A stretch of DNA of 64,000 nt from Acidobacteriota bacterium (GTDB taxonomy: Bacteria > Acidobacteriota > Thermoanaerobaculia > Multivoradales > UBA5704). The DNA lies in the NCBI GenBank assembly GCA_040005235.1, contig JBDTZG010000005.1:32001-96000 (forward strand), given 5' to 3'. How positions within the stretch are numbered: the stretch's first letter is position 1; the number at the start of each line of letters is the position of its first letter. Of the stretch, positions 25,852 to 34,137 are shown in pieces. Below the pieces are notes generated by a model. That model did no database searches, was not told where the DNA came from, and saw only the letters and a program-made list of their open reading frames with translations. The position numbers were made by a program, and so were the translations under genes.

Positions 25852-28800
25852 CTACCCAGCCAGAAACCTCAACACCTTATCCGCCAACCCGGTTTCGAAA
25901 GCCAGAAGCTCCGCCTGGCCTGAGGCCGCGTCTTGGGCTTTGGCGTGGATGGCCGCCCGGGCTTTCTTAGCGCCCTCGGCGTTCGAGACCTGGTAGAAGG
26001 CGGCGAACACTTCGCCCACTCCGCGCCCGCTTTCTTTCATCGCTCGGCGCACGAAGGCGATGCCCGCGGTGTTGACGATGTGGTTCACCGCGACCGTGGC
26101 CACGATCTCGCGCTTCAGGGGATGGGCGGCAAAGTGCTTGGCATATTCCTTTTGCAGGCGCTCGGGGAAGTACGAGGCTAGCAGCGGCGCGCCTTCTGGA
26201 GAGCCGGGGAACTCGGTCGCCATCACCGCTTCGGAGAGGTAGCGCTTGGTCTCGCCGAGCAACATCGCGAGGAGGGGACGCGGCAGGCCGGTCTCCGCAC
26301 TATCTCGGCGCAGGACATCGTGCGCCGGTACCGAGTCATCGACGGGATTGAGGAATTGCGCCTCTACCAGGGCGTCGATGCAGTCGAGGTTTTCGTCCAA
26401 CGCGGCCCGGGAGCGCAGGGCGTCGAGGGTGATCGCCAGGGCCTGGTTGGAATTGTCGGCCAGGCACAGGTCGGCCACTGCCTCCGTCATCTCGGCGAGC
26501 AGCTTGTTGCGCTCGCCGACGCTCTGGAGCGCGCCGGCTTTGAGGAGGATGCTCATGAGGATCTTGATGTTGACCTCGTGGTCGGACATGTCGACCCCGG
26601 CGGAGTTGTCGATGGCGTCCGTATTCAAGAGCACCGCGCGCCGGGCCAGTTCCAGGCGGCCCTTCTGGGTCAAGCCGAGGTTGCCGCCTTCGGAAACCAC
26701 GCGCGCCCGCACCTGGGAGGCATCGACACGGACCCGGTCGTTGGCCCGATCGCCGACGTCCTGATGCTCTTCGTCGGAGGCCTTCACATAGGTGCCGATG
26801 CCGCCGTTATAGAGCAGATCCACGGGGGCCCGGAGGATGGCGCGAATCAACTCCTCCCCCGACAGGGCCGCCACGTGCGATTCCATCCCCAGGACGGTGC
26901 GCATTTCACCGCTGAGCGGAATGGACTTGGCGCTTCGATCGAAAATCCCTCCGCCCGCGCTGATCAGCGACGCGTTGTAATCGCGCCAGGAGGAGCGGGG
27001 CAGTCTGAACAGCCGGTCCCGCTCGGCGAACGAGGTCGAGGCGTCGGGGGTCGGATCGACGAAAATGTGGGCGTGGTTGAAGGCCGCGACCAGCCGGAGA
27101 ACCCGGCTCATCAGCATCCCGTTGCCGAACACGTCGCCCGCCATGTCGCCGATGCCCACCACCGTGATCGGATCACTCTGGCAATCCATCCCGAGGTTGG
27201 CGAAGTGGTGTTTGACGCATTCCCACGCGCCGCGCGCCGTGATGCCGACTTTCTTGTGGTCATACCCGACCGAGCCGCCCGAGGCGAAGGCGTCGCCCAG
27301 CCAGAAGCCATATTGATTGGACACGCCGTTGGCGGTGTCGGACAGATGGGCGGTGCCCTTGTCGGCCGCGACCACGAGATACGGGTCGTCTCCGTCGTAG
27401 CGGACGACGTCGGGTGGATGCAAAACCGCCCCATCCACGATGTTGTCCGTGATGTCGAGCAAGCCGGACACGTACTCGCTATAGCGCTCGATCAGGTAGT
27501 TGTCGAGCGCCGGCCGGACCGGAACCGTCCCCTTGAGGACGAAGCCGCCCTTCGATCCCACCGGGACGATGATCGAGTTCTTCACCATCTGCGTCTTCAT
27601 CAGGCCGAGAACTTCCTGGCGGAAATCGTCGTGCCGATCGCTCCAGCGGATGCCCCCTCGCGCGACCTTGCCGCCGCGGAGGTGCGCCCCTTGCACCTTG
27701 CGCGAGTGGACGGCGATCTCGAACATCGGCTTGGGGCTCGGCACTAGAGGGATGCTCCTCGAATCGAACTTGATCGAGATCACCGGCCGCTCCGGCACCT
27801 GGAACGCGTTGGTTCGCAGGGCTGCGCTCACCAGGCCGGAAAGACCGCGCAGGACCTCGTCGTCCTGGAGACTCTCGATCGCATCGAGCGCGGCCTCGAC
27901 CTCCTGGCCGGAATCGACGACCGCCTGCTTGCGGTCGTCGCCCAGGGCGGGATCGAACCGGGCGGTGAAGTGACGGGAGATCGCGACCGTGGCGGGGGTG
28001 TTCCGGAGCAGGGCCTGGTTCACCGTCTCGACGTTGTAGTGGGTCCGGAGCTGCAGCAGATGATTGCGGAGGCAGCGCAGCACCTCGATCTCCCGCGCGC
28101 TCAAGCCCCCTTCCAGGATCAGGGCCTGCAACGCGTCATCGGTCGCCCTTCCCTCGTCGATCAGGCGCAGGGCGGAGATCACCGAGGAGATGTCGGTGGC
28201 GAGCGACCCGATGACCCGGCTGCTGGCCCGGGTCTGGAACTGGTAGATGTGGCCGCTGCGCCCATTGGGCAGGGTCAGGTTCATCGACACTTCCTCGTCG
28301 ACGTTGAGGCCCAGGTTGGTGAGCGTGCGAAAAATCTCGGAAAGGACCAAGGGTTCGCGGGAGAAGATCTTGAGCGTCGCCGCCTCGGCGGACCGCGGCA
28401 TCGCGCGCGCCCCCAGGCCTTGGCTCAGCTGCTCGAGGCACTCGATGTCCTCCGGGACCTGCTCGGGGGGCGTCATCTCCCGGTAGACGCCGCTGCGCGA
28501 CTCGCTGCGCACGTAGCGGTCGAAAAGCCTTCGGCCTTGGGCATCCCCGAAGTGGCCGACCATCTCCAAAGAGACCCGATCGGTCCAGGAGTTGGTCTCC
28601 TGAGCGGCGATCTCCTCGGCCCGAGAGGCGTCGATCGGCCCGGTGAGATGTTCGCCGTCGAAATAGACGACGATCATCGAGGTGTTGCCCAGGTCGGCGG
28701 AAGTGACGAAGGTGATTGGGCCGAAGGCTTCCTCGTACTTCTTCTTGAGGTCGCGCTCCATTTGGACGGAGTACCGCGAGCGGGGAAACACCACGTAGAG

Positions 28801-30081
28801 GGCCTGGTAGACCACCCCTTGGCGAACCTGCACGAAGAGGTCGTCATCGCCGGCGGCGAAGACGATCTTGTCGACGATCTTCTTCAAGGAGGTGCGGTCG
28901 GTATAGAACAGCTCGCGCTTCGGCATGCGATTGAAAACGGCCCGGGTCTCCCGGTAGGCGTGGGAGTTCTTGAGCCCGCCGCAGTTCTCCAGGAGGTAGT
29001 CCTGCTTCTGCCGCAGGAGGGGGATGTCTGTGGGACGCGCGATCAGCGAAGTCATGGAGAACCGGCCGAGCAGGAGGGTGATGCCCGAAAGCGACCCATC
29101 CGCGGCCCATTCGCGGATTACCACGTCGTCTACCGGCTCCACCGAATGGAGGGAGGACGCGTGGTTGCCGTAGTCGATGACGATGATCCGATCGTCTTCG
29201 GGGCCGGGAATGAGGCGCTGCTCGATCTCCTCGACCATGCGGGGAAACACCACGCTCAACAGCGCGGGGTCCGTAAAGACGCCCAGCGAAGCCTCCGGCC
29301 GGCGGGCGAGCTCGCCCCCCGTAGTGACCTTGTAACAGGCGAGGCCTTGCAGGATGTAGTTGTCATTCTGCAGCCATTCAAGAAATTCCTTCGAGGACTG
29401 CTCCCGCGCGGAGTCGCCATTGCGGTCGCGGATGCGTCCCGCGGTTTCGCTTAGGGCACGGCACATGGCCGAAAAGTCGTGAACCGAAGCGAAGACGGCC
29501 TTCAGAACCGCATGGATCTCGGACTCGATCTCGCGCAGCCGGTCCTCGTCCTCTACCTTGTCGATGCGGAAATGGCAGTGGACCTCCCGGGTCCCCTCGT
29601 CTCCCGCCGGCCCAATCGCCGTGACCTTGCCCCACTGGCGCTTGACGCTCAAGATGGGATGGACGGTAGAGATGACGCGGATCGAAGCCTTGCGGAAATA
29701 GTTCTTGAGACTCTCAAAGATGAACGGCGCGTCGAGGGTGTGGGTGTCGACCACGGTCACCTCGGCGGAAATCGATTTCCCCGCAATCATCCGGGTCTCC
29801 GTAACCCCGAGGTTGCGCACCCTTACGTGGAGACCCGGAACCCCCGGGCCCGCCTGGTGGGCATCCGGCAGTTCGTGAGCGAAAAAGTTGAAATGTTGGG
29901 TCAGGCGCTCGGCGGTCCGCCTCGCGTCTCCGTCAAGGGCGGCGGAATCCGGCATCGCCGCGTAGAACGCCCGGGAGAAAGCCAGGAGCAAGGCGGCATC
30001 CTCCGGCGGCGCGGTGGTCTTCAGGACTTCTTCGATTTCGTCCAGGCGCAGGGCGCGGGCGTTGGGGTCTTGGGTGATCAT
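25852..30081 (-). CDS. gdhB: Large NAD-specific glutamate dehydrogenase (GDH2 type)
   Basis: HLRGGKVARGGIRWSDR..DFR.EVLGLMKTQMVKN..IVPVGSKGGF, YLVVAADKGTA, GIGDMAGDVFGNG and DNSAGVDMSDHEVNIKI. Confidence 0.95.
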   Translation of the reverse strand: MITQDPNARALRLDEIEEVLKTTAPPEDAALLLAFSRAFYAAMPDSAALDGDARRTAERLTQHFNFFAHELPDAHQAGPGVPGLHVRVRNLGVTETRMIAGKSISAEVTVVDTHTLDAPFIFESLKNYFRKASIRVISTVHPILSVKRQWGKVTAIGPAGDEGTREVHCHFRIDKVEDEDRLREIESEIHAVLKAVFASVHDFSAMCRALSETAGRIRDRNGDSAREQSSKEFLEWLQNDNYILQGLACYKVTTGGELARRPEASLGVFTDPALLSVVFPRMVEEIEQRLIPGPEDDRIIVIDYGNHASSLHSVEPVDDVVIREWAADGSLSGITLLLGRFSMTSLIARPTDIPLLRQKQDYLLENCGGLKNSHAYRETRAVFNRMPKRELFYTDRTSLKKIVDKIVFAAGDDDLFVQVRQGVVYQALYVVFPRSRYSVQMERDLKKKYEEAFGPITFVTSADLGNTSMIVVYFDGEHLTGPIDASRAEEIAAQETNSWTDRVSLEMVGHFGDAQGRRLFDRYVRSESRSGVYREMTPPEQVPEDIECLEQLSQGLGARAMPRSAEAATLKIFSREPLVLSEIFRTLTNLGLNVDEEVSMNLTLPNGRSGHIYQFQTRASSRVIGSLATDISSVISALRLIDEGRATDDALQALILEGGLSAREIEVLRCLRNHLLQLRTHYNVETVNQALLRNTPATVAISRHFTARFDPALGDDRKQAVVDSGQEVEAALDAIESLQDDEVLRGLSGLVSAALRTNAFQVPERPVISIKFDSRSIPLVPSPKPMFEIAVHSRKVQGAHLRGGKVARGGIRWSDRHDDFRQEVLGLMKTQMVKNSIIVPVGSKGGFVLKGTVPVRPALDNYLIERYSEYVSGLLDITDNIVDGAVLHPPDVVRYDGDDPYLVVAADKGTAHLSDTANGVSNQYGFWLGDAFASGGSVGYDHKKVGITARGAWECVKHHFANLGMDCQSDPITVVGIGDMAGDVFGNGMLMSRVLRLVAAFNHAHIFVDPTPDASTSFAERDRLFRLPRSSWRDYNASLISAGGGIFDRSAKSIPLSGEMRTVLGMESHVAALSGEELIRAILRAPVDLLYNGGIGTYVKASDEEHQDVGDRANDRVRVDASQVRARVVSEGGNLGLTQKGRLELARRAVLLNTDAIDNSAGVDMSDHEVNIKILMSILLKAGALQSVGERNKLLAEMTEAVADLCLADNSNQALAITLDALRSRAALDENLDCIDALVEAQFLNPVDDSVPAHDVLRRDSAETGLPRPLLAMLLGETKRYLSEAVMATEFPGSPEGAPLLASYFPERLQKEYAKHFAAHPLKREIVATVAVNHIVNTAGIAFVRRAMKESGRGVGEVFAAFYQVSNAEGAKKARAAIHAKAQDAASGQAELLAFETGLADKVLRFLAG

Positions 30082-30225
30082 CGAAGGAACCTCGGGAGCA
30101 GGGAGCTCAGTGGATCGATAGAACCGGTCGATTTGTGGCCTGCCGATGCTACAACGGTCCGGATACGATTCCCTCCGTGAACCGCCATTCCTACAACCAG
30201 ATCGCCGCGATCGTCGCCGCCAAGC

Positions 30226-30624
30226 CTAGACGAGGCGCGTGAAGCCCTGGGCCTTGGTGAGTACCCGCTCAAACGTATAGGTCGTGCGCGCTCCCCGGCC
30301 ACGCGCCTTTGCTCCGATCAGGCAATCGGAGAAGTCGGCTTTGCCGTCCTGGTAATTGTCGATGGCCTGATGAAGGATCTCCCGGTCCTCGAAGACGAAG
30401 AGCTCTCCCGCAAGCAACTCCTGCATCGCCGCCAGGATGTCCCCCCTCTTCGCTCGATAACTAGACTCCAGCACCCACTCCACTTCGCAGAGCACCGGAT
30501 CACTGATGTAGCAAGGCTCGCCTGCATCCGACGATTCTTGGAGGAGCCGTTCGGCTAGAGCGGTTTGGCCAGGATCGTCCCTTACCAAGAGGCGGATTAG
30601 GATGTTTGTATCGAGAGCGATCAC
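30226..30624 (-). CDS. vapC: PIN-domain VapC toxin
   Basis: IALDTNILIR.L..DD..Q, VLCEVEWVL, ADFSDCLI, TYTFE. GTGA overlap with the antitoxin. Confidence 0.9.
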   Translation of the reverse strand: MIALDTNILIRLLVRDDPGQTALAERLLQESSDAGEPCYISDPVLCEVEWVLESSYRAKRGDILAAMQELLAGELFVFEDREILHQAIDNYQDGKADFSDCLIGAKARGRGARTTYTFERVLTKAQGFTRLV

Positions 30625-30890
30625 CGCCCTGTGGCCTTCGCGAACCGTTCCGCAGCCCTTCGCTTGACCGCCTCGTTCATCTCCTCGACCGTTACGGGCC
30701 GCTCTTGAGCGAGATGGTGTAGAAGACCGGACAGCCGTCCGAGAGGACCACGAGCTGCCGGTCGGGCCAGAAGGTTGCCTTGATCGTCGAATCGGAAGAC
30801 CAAGCGATCGCCTTCCCTCAAGCCGAGCCGGTCGCGGACCTCCTTGGGGATCGTGATTTGACCTTTTGAGGTCAGAGTGCTCGTTGGCAT
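30621..30890 (-). CDS. AbrB/MazE/SpoVT-family antitoxin
   Basis: STLTSKGQITIPKEVRDRLGLREGD. Confidence 0.92.
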   Translation of the reverse strand: MPTSTLTSKGQITIPKEVRDRLGLREGDRLVFRFDDQGNLLARPAARGPLGRLSGLLHHLAQERPVTVEEMNEAVKRRAAERFAKATGR

Positions 30891-30972
30891 GTCGCCTCCT
30901 TACTATCGGGAAGTATACGCTCCTCTGGTAAGGATCTGCCGCCAAAGGCTCTCGACCGTGATCACCCGCTGA

Positions 30973-31616
30973 TCATCGCGAGTCGAGGTGCTGCCACGCC
31001 TCGGTGGCGCTCCAGATCGCGGTGCAAACCAGCAACACCCCAACGCCTCTCGCGATGCTACGTTCGACCTTGGGGTGAAGCCCCAGCCAGCCCCGCGCCC
31101 GGTCTGCGGCGCAGACGAGGGCTCCGTAGACTCCGATCTGTGTGGGGGAATGATCGTTCCCAGCTCCAGGGCTTGAGTGGCGATCGGGCCGTGATCGGCT
31201 CGGACGAACTGGGGAAAGATCGCCAGCATGAAGGCGTAGGCTTTCGGGTTGAGCAGGTTGGTGAGCGCGGCGCGACGGAAGGTGGCGGTTTTGGAGGGAA
31301 GGATCGCTCCTTCCGGCTGGCCGAGCGTTGCGCCGCTCTTCCAGAGCGAGATGCCGATCCAGGCCATGTAGGCGGCGCCGATGCCGAGCAGGGCGGAGAA
31401 CGCCGCGGGAAAGATCCGCAGCACGATCGCGATTCCCAGGCCGCCGATCGTGACGTGGCAGATCCCTCCCGCGACGATTCCCGCGACCGCGGCAAAGCCG
31501 AGCGCCCGGCCGCCGAGCAAGGCGCTTCCCAAGATAAACGCCATGTCGAGGCCGGGGAGAATCACGACCCCGAAGACGATGCCGAAGAACAGCAGGAGAT
31601 CGGGCGCAGGGATCAC
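30973..31616 (-). pseudogene. LysE/RhtB-family exporter with a 1-nt frameshift near 31144-31148
   Basis: PGLDMAF...NLLNPKAYAF..IFPQF in one frame. The hydrophobic tail TQIGVYGALV...GVGVLLVCTAIWS continues in another frame after a C5 run. Confidence 0.75.
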
Positions 31617-32197
31617 TCCGCCGAGCCTCCGCTCAAGTCGCGGGTGAAATCCATGATCCAGTTCGTCTCCCAGGTCTTGCCGTCGTCTTCCGAAAATGCC
31701 TGCTCCCAGCGCGGGTCGGGCGTCGTGATTCTGGACCAGATGAAGCGAACGAGGATGGGTTGTCCGGCGAATTCGTCCGGTCCCAAGAAGATGCCTCGAT
31801 CGCCTTGGAACGATCCGACCACCGGCGGTTGGAGCGCGCCGGTGCGGTTGTCGGCCCAGTAGATCGACCAGGTCTTTTGACCGGGGTCGAAGAAGCGGAA
31901 CGACATGCCGCGAAAGCCTTCCCAGTAATCGGTGACGAATTCGTCCTCGTTGGCGATCCCGCCAAGATTCGGGTGGCAGTCGTTCGTCGCGTCGAATTCG
32001 AGCCATTCGGTCGAGCCGGCGAGCCGTGCCGCTAGCCGACGGTTGTGGACCTTCCACTTGCCGAAGAGGAAATCGAAGTCGTGGCGGCCGTCTTTCGGGT
32101 CGGCGACGGGTGCCATTCGAGTGGGGCCTACCGCATGGGGCGGCGCGCCGGGGATGGAAGAGGAGGCGGCGAAACCCGCGAGGGCGGTCGAGGTCAT
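31613..32197 (-). CDS. DUF1579-like hypothetical protein
   Basis: HDFDFLFGKWKVHNRRL...W.IYW...PPVVGSF...RWEQAFS.D.GKTWETNWIMDFTR. AAGGAG RBS. Confidence 0.8.
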   Translation of the reverse strand: MTSTALAGFAASSSIPGAPPHAVGPTRMAPVADPKDGRHDFDFLFGKWKVHNRRLAARLAGSTEWLEFDATNDCHPNLGGIANEDEFVTDYWEGFRGMSFRFFDPGQKTWSIYWADNRTGALQPPVVGSFQGDRGIFLGPDEFAGQPILVRFIWSRITTPDPRWEQAFSEDDGKTWETNWIMDFTRDLSGGSAE

Positions 32198-32308
32198 GGG
32201 ATTCTCCTTCAGTCTAGACGCTGGCCCTGCCGGGGTGCCGGTCAGCGGGGAAAGACTACGAGCCAATGAGGACAAGTTCGGCCCTGATTCCGGAGTAATC
32301 TCCGGCCC

Positions 32309-33262
32309 ATGTATCACCCCACGACCCGCGTGCTCGCGCTGCTTGAGCTGCTCCAGACCCACCGCAGTCTGGGTGGGGCCGAGCTGGCCGAGCGGCTGGG
32401 GGTCGATCGGCGTACGGTGCGGCGCTATATCGCGCGCCTTGAAGAGCTGGGAATCCCGATTACCACCGAACGCGGCCAGCACGGCGGCTACGGCCTGGTC
32501 GCCGGATTCAAGCTGCCGCCGATGATGTTCACCGAGGACGAGGCGCTCGCGTTGTCCGTGGGCTTGCTCGCTGCGCGCGCGTTAGGGTTGGATGAGGCAT
32601 CGCCCGGAGTGACGTCGGCCCAGGCGAAGTTGGAGCGGGTGGCGCCTGAAGAGCTGAAGCGCCGCATTCGCGCCGCGGACGAGACCATCGCGCTCGGCCT
32701 GCCGCGAGGAGTGAAAGTAGGGGTGGCCGCCGCCCTTTCGACCTTGAGCGCGGCGGCCCAATCGCAGCGCCGGTTGTTTCTTCGTTATCGCACGGTCAAA
32801 GGAGTGGAGAGCGAGCGCGACTTCGACCCTTACGGCCTCGCCTACCAGGGAGGTTGCTGGTACGCCGTGGGTTACTGCCACCTGCGCCAAGGGCAGCGCT
32901 CGTTTCGAGTCGACCGGATCGTCTCGGCCCGCCAGCTGGAGGCCACGTTCGTCCGACCGGAAAAATTCGATGCGCTGGCACAGCTCGAAGAAGGGGTCGC
33001 AACACTTCCCCGCGCCCACGCGATCGAGGTGCTCATCCGCGGCGATCTGCCGAAAGTGCGCCGCGCGCTGTTCGCCGCCATTGGTATCCTCGAACCGGTC
33101 GAAGGCGGCGTGCTGCTCTCCGCCCAGGCCGACGATCTCGCCTGGTTCGCCCGCGAACTCTGCCGGTTGCCATTTCCGTTCGAGATCCGGTTCCCCGAGG
33201 CTCTGCGCGACGCGGTCCGGGAGAACGCGGAGCGGTTGATTGCGATGGTCGGGCGCTTGTAG
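32309..33262 (+). CDS. YafY-family HTH-WYL transcriptional regulator
   Basis: RVLALLELLQ...ELAERLGVDRRTVRRYI, GGY.L..G..LPP.MFTEDEA, WYAVGYCHLR...RSFRVDRI. Confidence 0.93.
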   Translation: MYHPTTRVLALLELLQTHRSLGGAELAERLGVDRRTVRRYIARLEELGIPITTERGQHGGYGLVAGFKLPPMMFTEDEALALSVGLLAARALGLDEASPGVTSAQAKLERVAPEELKRRIRAADETIALGLPRGVKVGVAAALSTLSAAAQSQRRLFLRYRTVKGVESERDFDPYGLAYQGGCWYAVGYCHLRQGQRSFRVDRIVSARQLEATFVRPEKFDALAQLEEGVATLPRAHAIEVLIRGDLPKVRRALFAAIGILEPVEGGVLLSAQADDLAWFARELCRLPFPFEIRFPEALRDAVRENAERLIAMVGRL

Positions 33263-33264
33263 CC

Positions 33265-33432
33265 GTTCCCGCTTCTGGGCGAACGTTTCCCTCTACGGGG
33301 AAAGCGTTTCCCTGTACAGGGCGAACGATTCCCGCTACAGGGAAAGCGATTCCCTGTGCAGGGCGAACGATTCCCTCTACCGGGAATGCGATTCCCGGTA
33401 GAGGGCGAATGATTCCCGCGGCCGGGAAAGAC
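33265..33432. repeat. Eight 21-bp tandem units NTTCCC-N6-GGG-(CGAACG|AAAGCG), alternating types
   Basis: Units start at 33265, 33286, 33307, 33328, 33349, 33370, 33391 and 33412. Confidence 0.92.
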
Positions 33433-33435
33433 CGT

Positions 33436-33610
33436 TCAGCTCCGCCGCCTGCGGTTCGGCAGCTCCAGGAAACGGTCCCCGGCGTCCGGCTCGCCGGAGG
33501 CGGTCAGCACCTCGGCGCGCGCGGCATCGCGCAGCGCGACCGCTGCGGCCAGGTCGTTGCCGGAGGGGGAGATCGCCGGCCGGATCGTGACGTAGATCGG
33601 TGTGCGGCGC
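33436..33610 (-). pseudogene. Orphan copy of the last 57 codons of the ACP-FAAL-acyltransferase gene (direct repeat of 34138-34312)
   Basis: Translates RRTPIYVTIRPAISPSGNDLAAAVALRDAARAEVLTASGEPDAGDRFLELPNRRRRS*, 50/57 aa identical to the gene's current C-terminus. Confidence 0.92.
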
Positions 33611-33738
33611 CAGTGAGCGTTGATAACAGAAGTTTATTCTTGAACCCGTGGCGACTACGTGAAACTGTGCAGTGTAGGGATTCACAACTAGCTGTCCACA
33701 GCAGTACGTACGTCACTCTGACGGAAAGGGAGTCGTCC

Positions 33739-34080
33739 ATGAAACGGATCGGATTTCTCGTTCTCCTCGTAGCGATGGTGGTTTTCGCGGTTCCTGCCGC
33801 ACAGGCAGCTTGCCCGACACCGGATGCTTTCTTTCAGAAGCTCGGTCAGGGAGCGCCAGCAACCTCGGAGCTGAACCATCAGGCAGTTGAGCCGCTTGAC
33901 CTCTCTGTGAAACCGGGGGAAAAGGGCGGTGGCTCGATGGCGACCCACGAGAGCACCAAAGTCGCTGGTTGCTATTATTACTACTGCTACTTCATAAACG
34001 TCGATGGCTATTGCTGTGAAGACTTCAATACATGCTTGGGTGTGTGTGGTGGAGCCTGTGGAGGAACTTGCGATTACTAG
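33739..34080 (+). CDS. Secreted small-protein precursor: signal peptide, pro-region and 8-Cys/Tyr-rich C-terminal core
   Basis: AAGGGAG RBS; MKRIGFLVLLVAMVVFAVPAAQA signal; core GCYYYYCYFINVDGYCCEDFNTCLGVCGGACGGTCDY; AT-richer codons than neighbours. Confidence 0.85.
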   Translation: MKRIGFLVLLVAMVVFAVPAAQAACPTPDAFFQKLGQGAPATSELNHQAVEPLDLSVKPGEKGGGSMATHESTKVAGCYYYYCYFINVDGYCCEDFNTCLGVCGGACGGTCDY

Positions 34081-34137
34081 TTGAGCGAGAGGTTTAGTAG
34101 GGGTGTGGTCCTTATCGAGGTTCTCCGCGGTAAGGTC

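Noticed and set aside
33265-33432. CRISPR or guide-RNA array next to the WYL gene
   Set aside because: Variable segments are only 6 nt and related to each other; no effector nuclease adjacent.
32854-34080. 408-aa ORF as a single gene
   Set aside because: Chimeric read-through of an alternative WYL frame, the repeat array and the antisense gene-end copy. Only 33739-34080 has an RBS and signal peptide.
33739-34080. Classical RiPP cluster (lanthipeptide or sactipeptide)
   Set aside because: Sec signal peptide present, and no radical SAM, LanM, YcaO or peptidase-transporter gene nearby.
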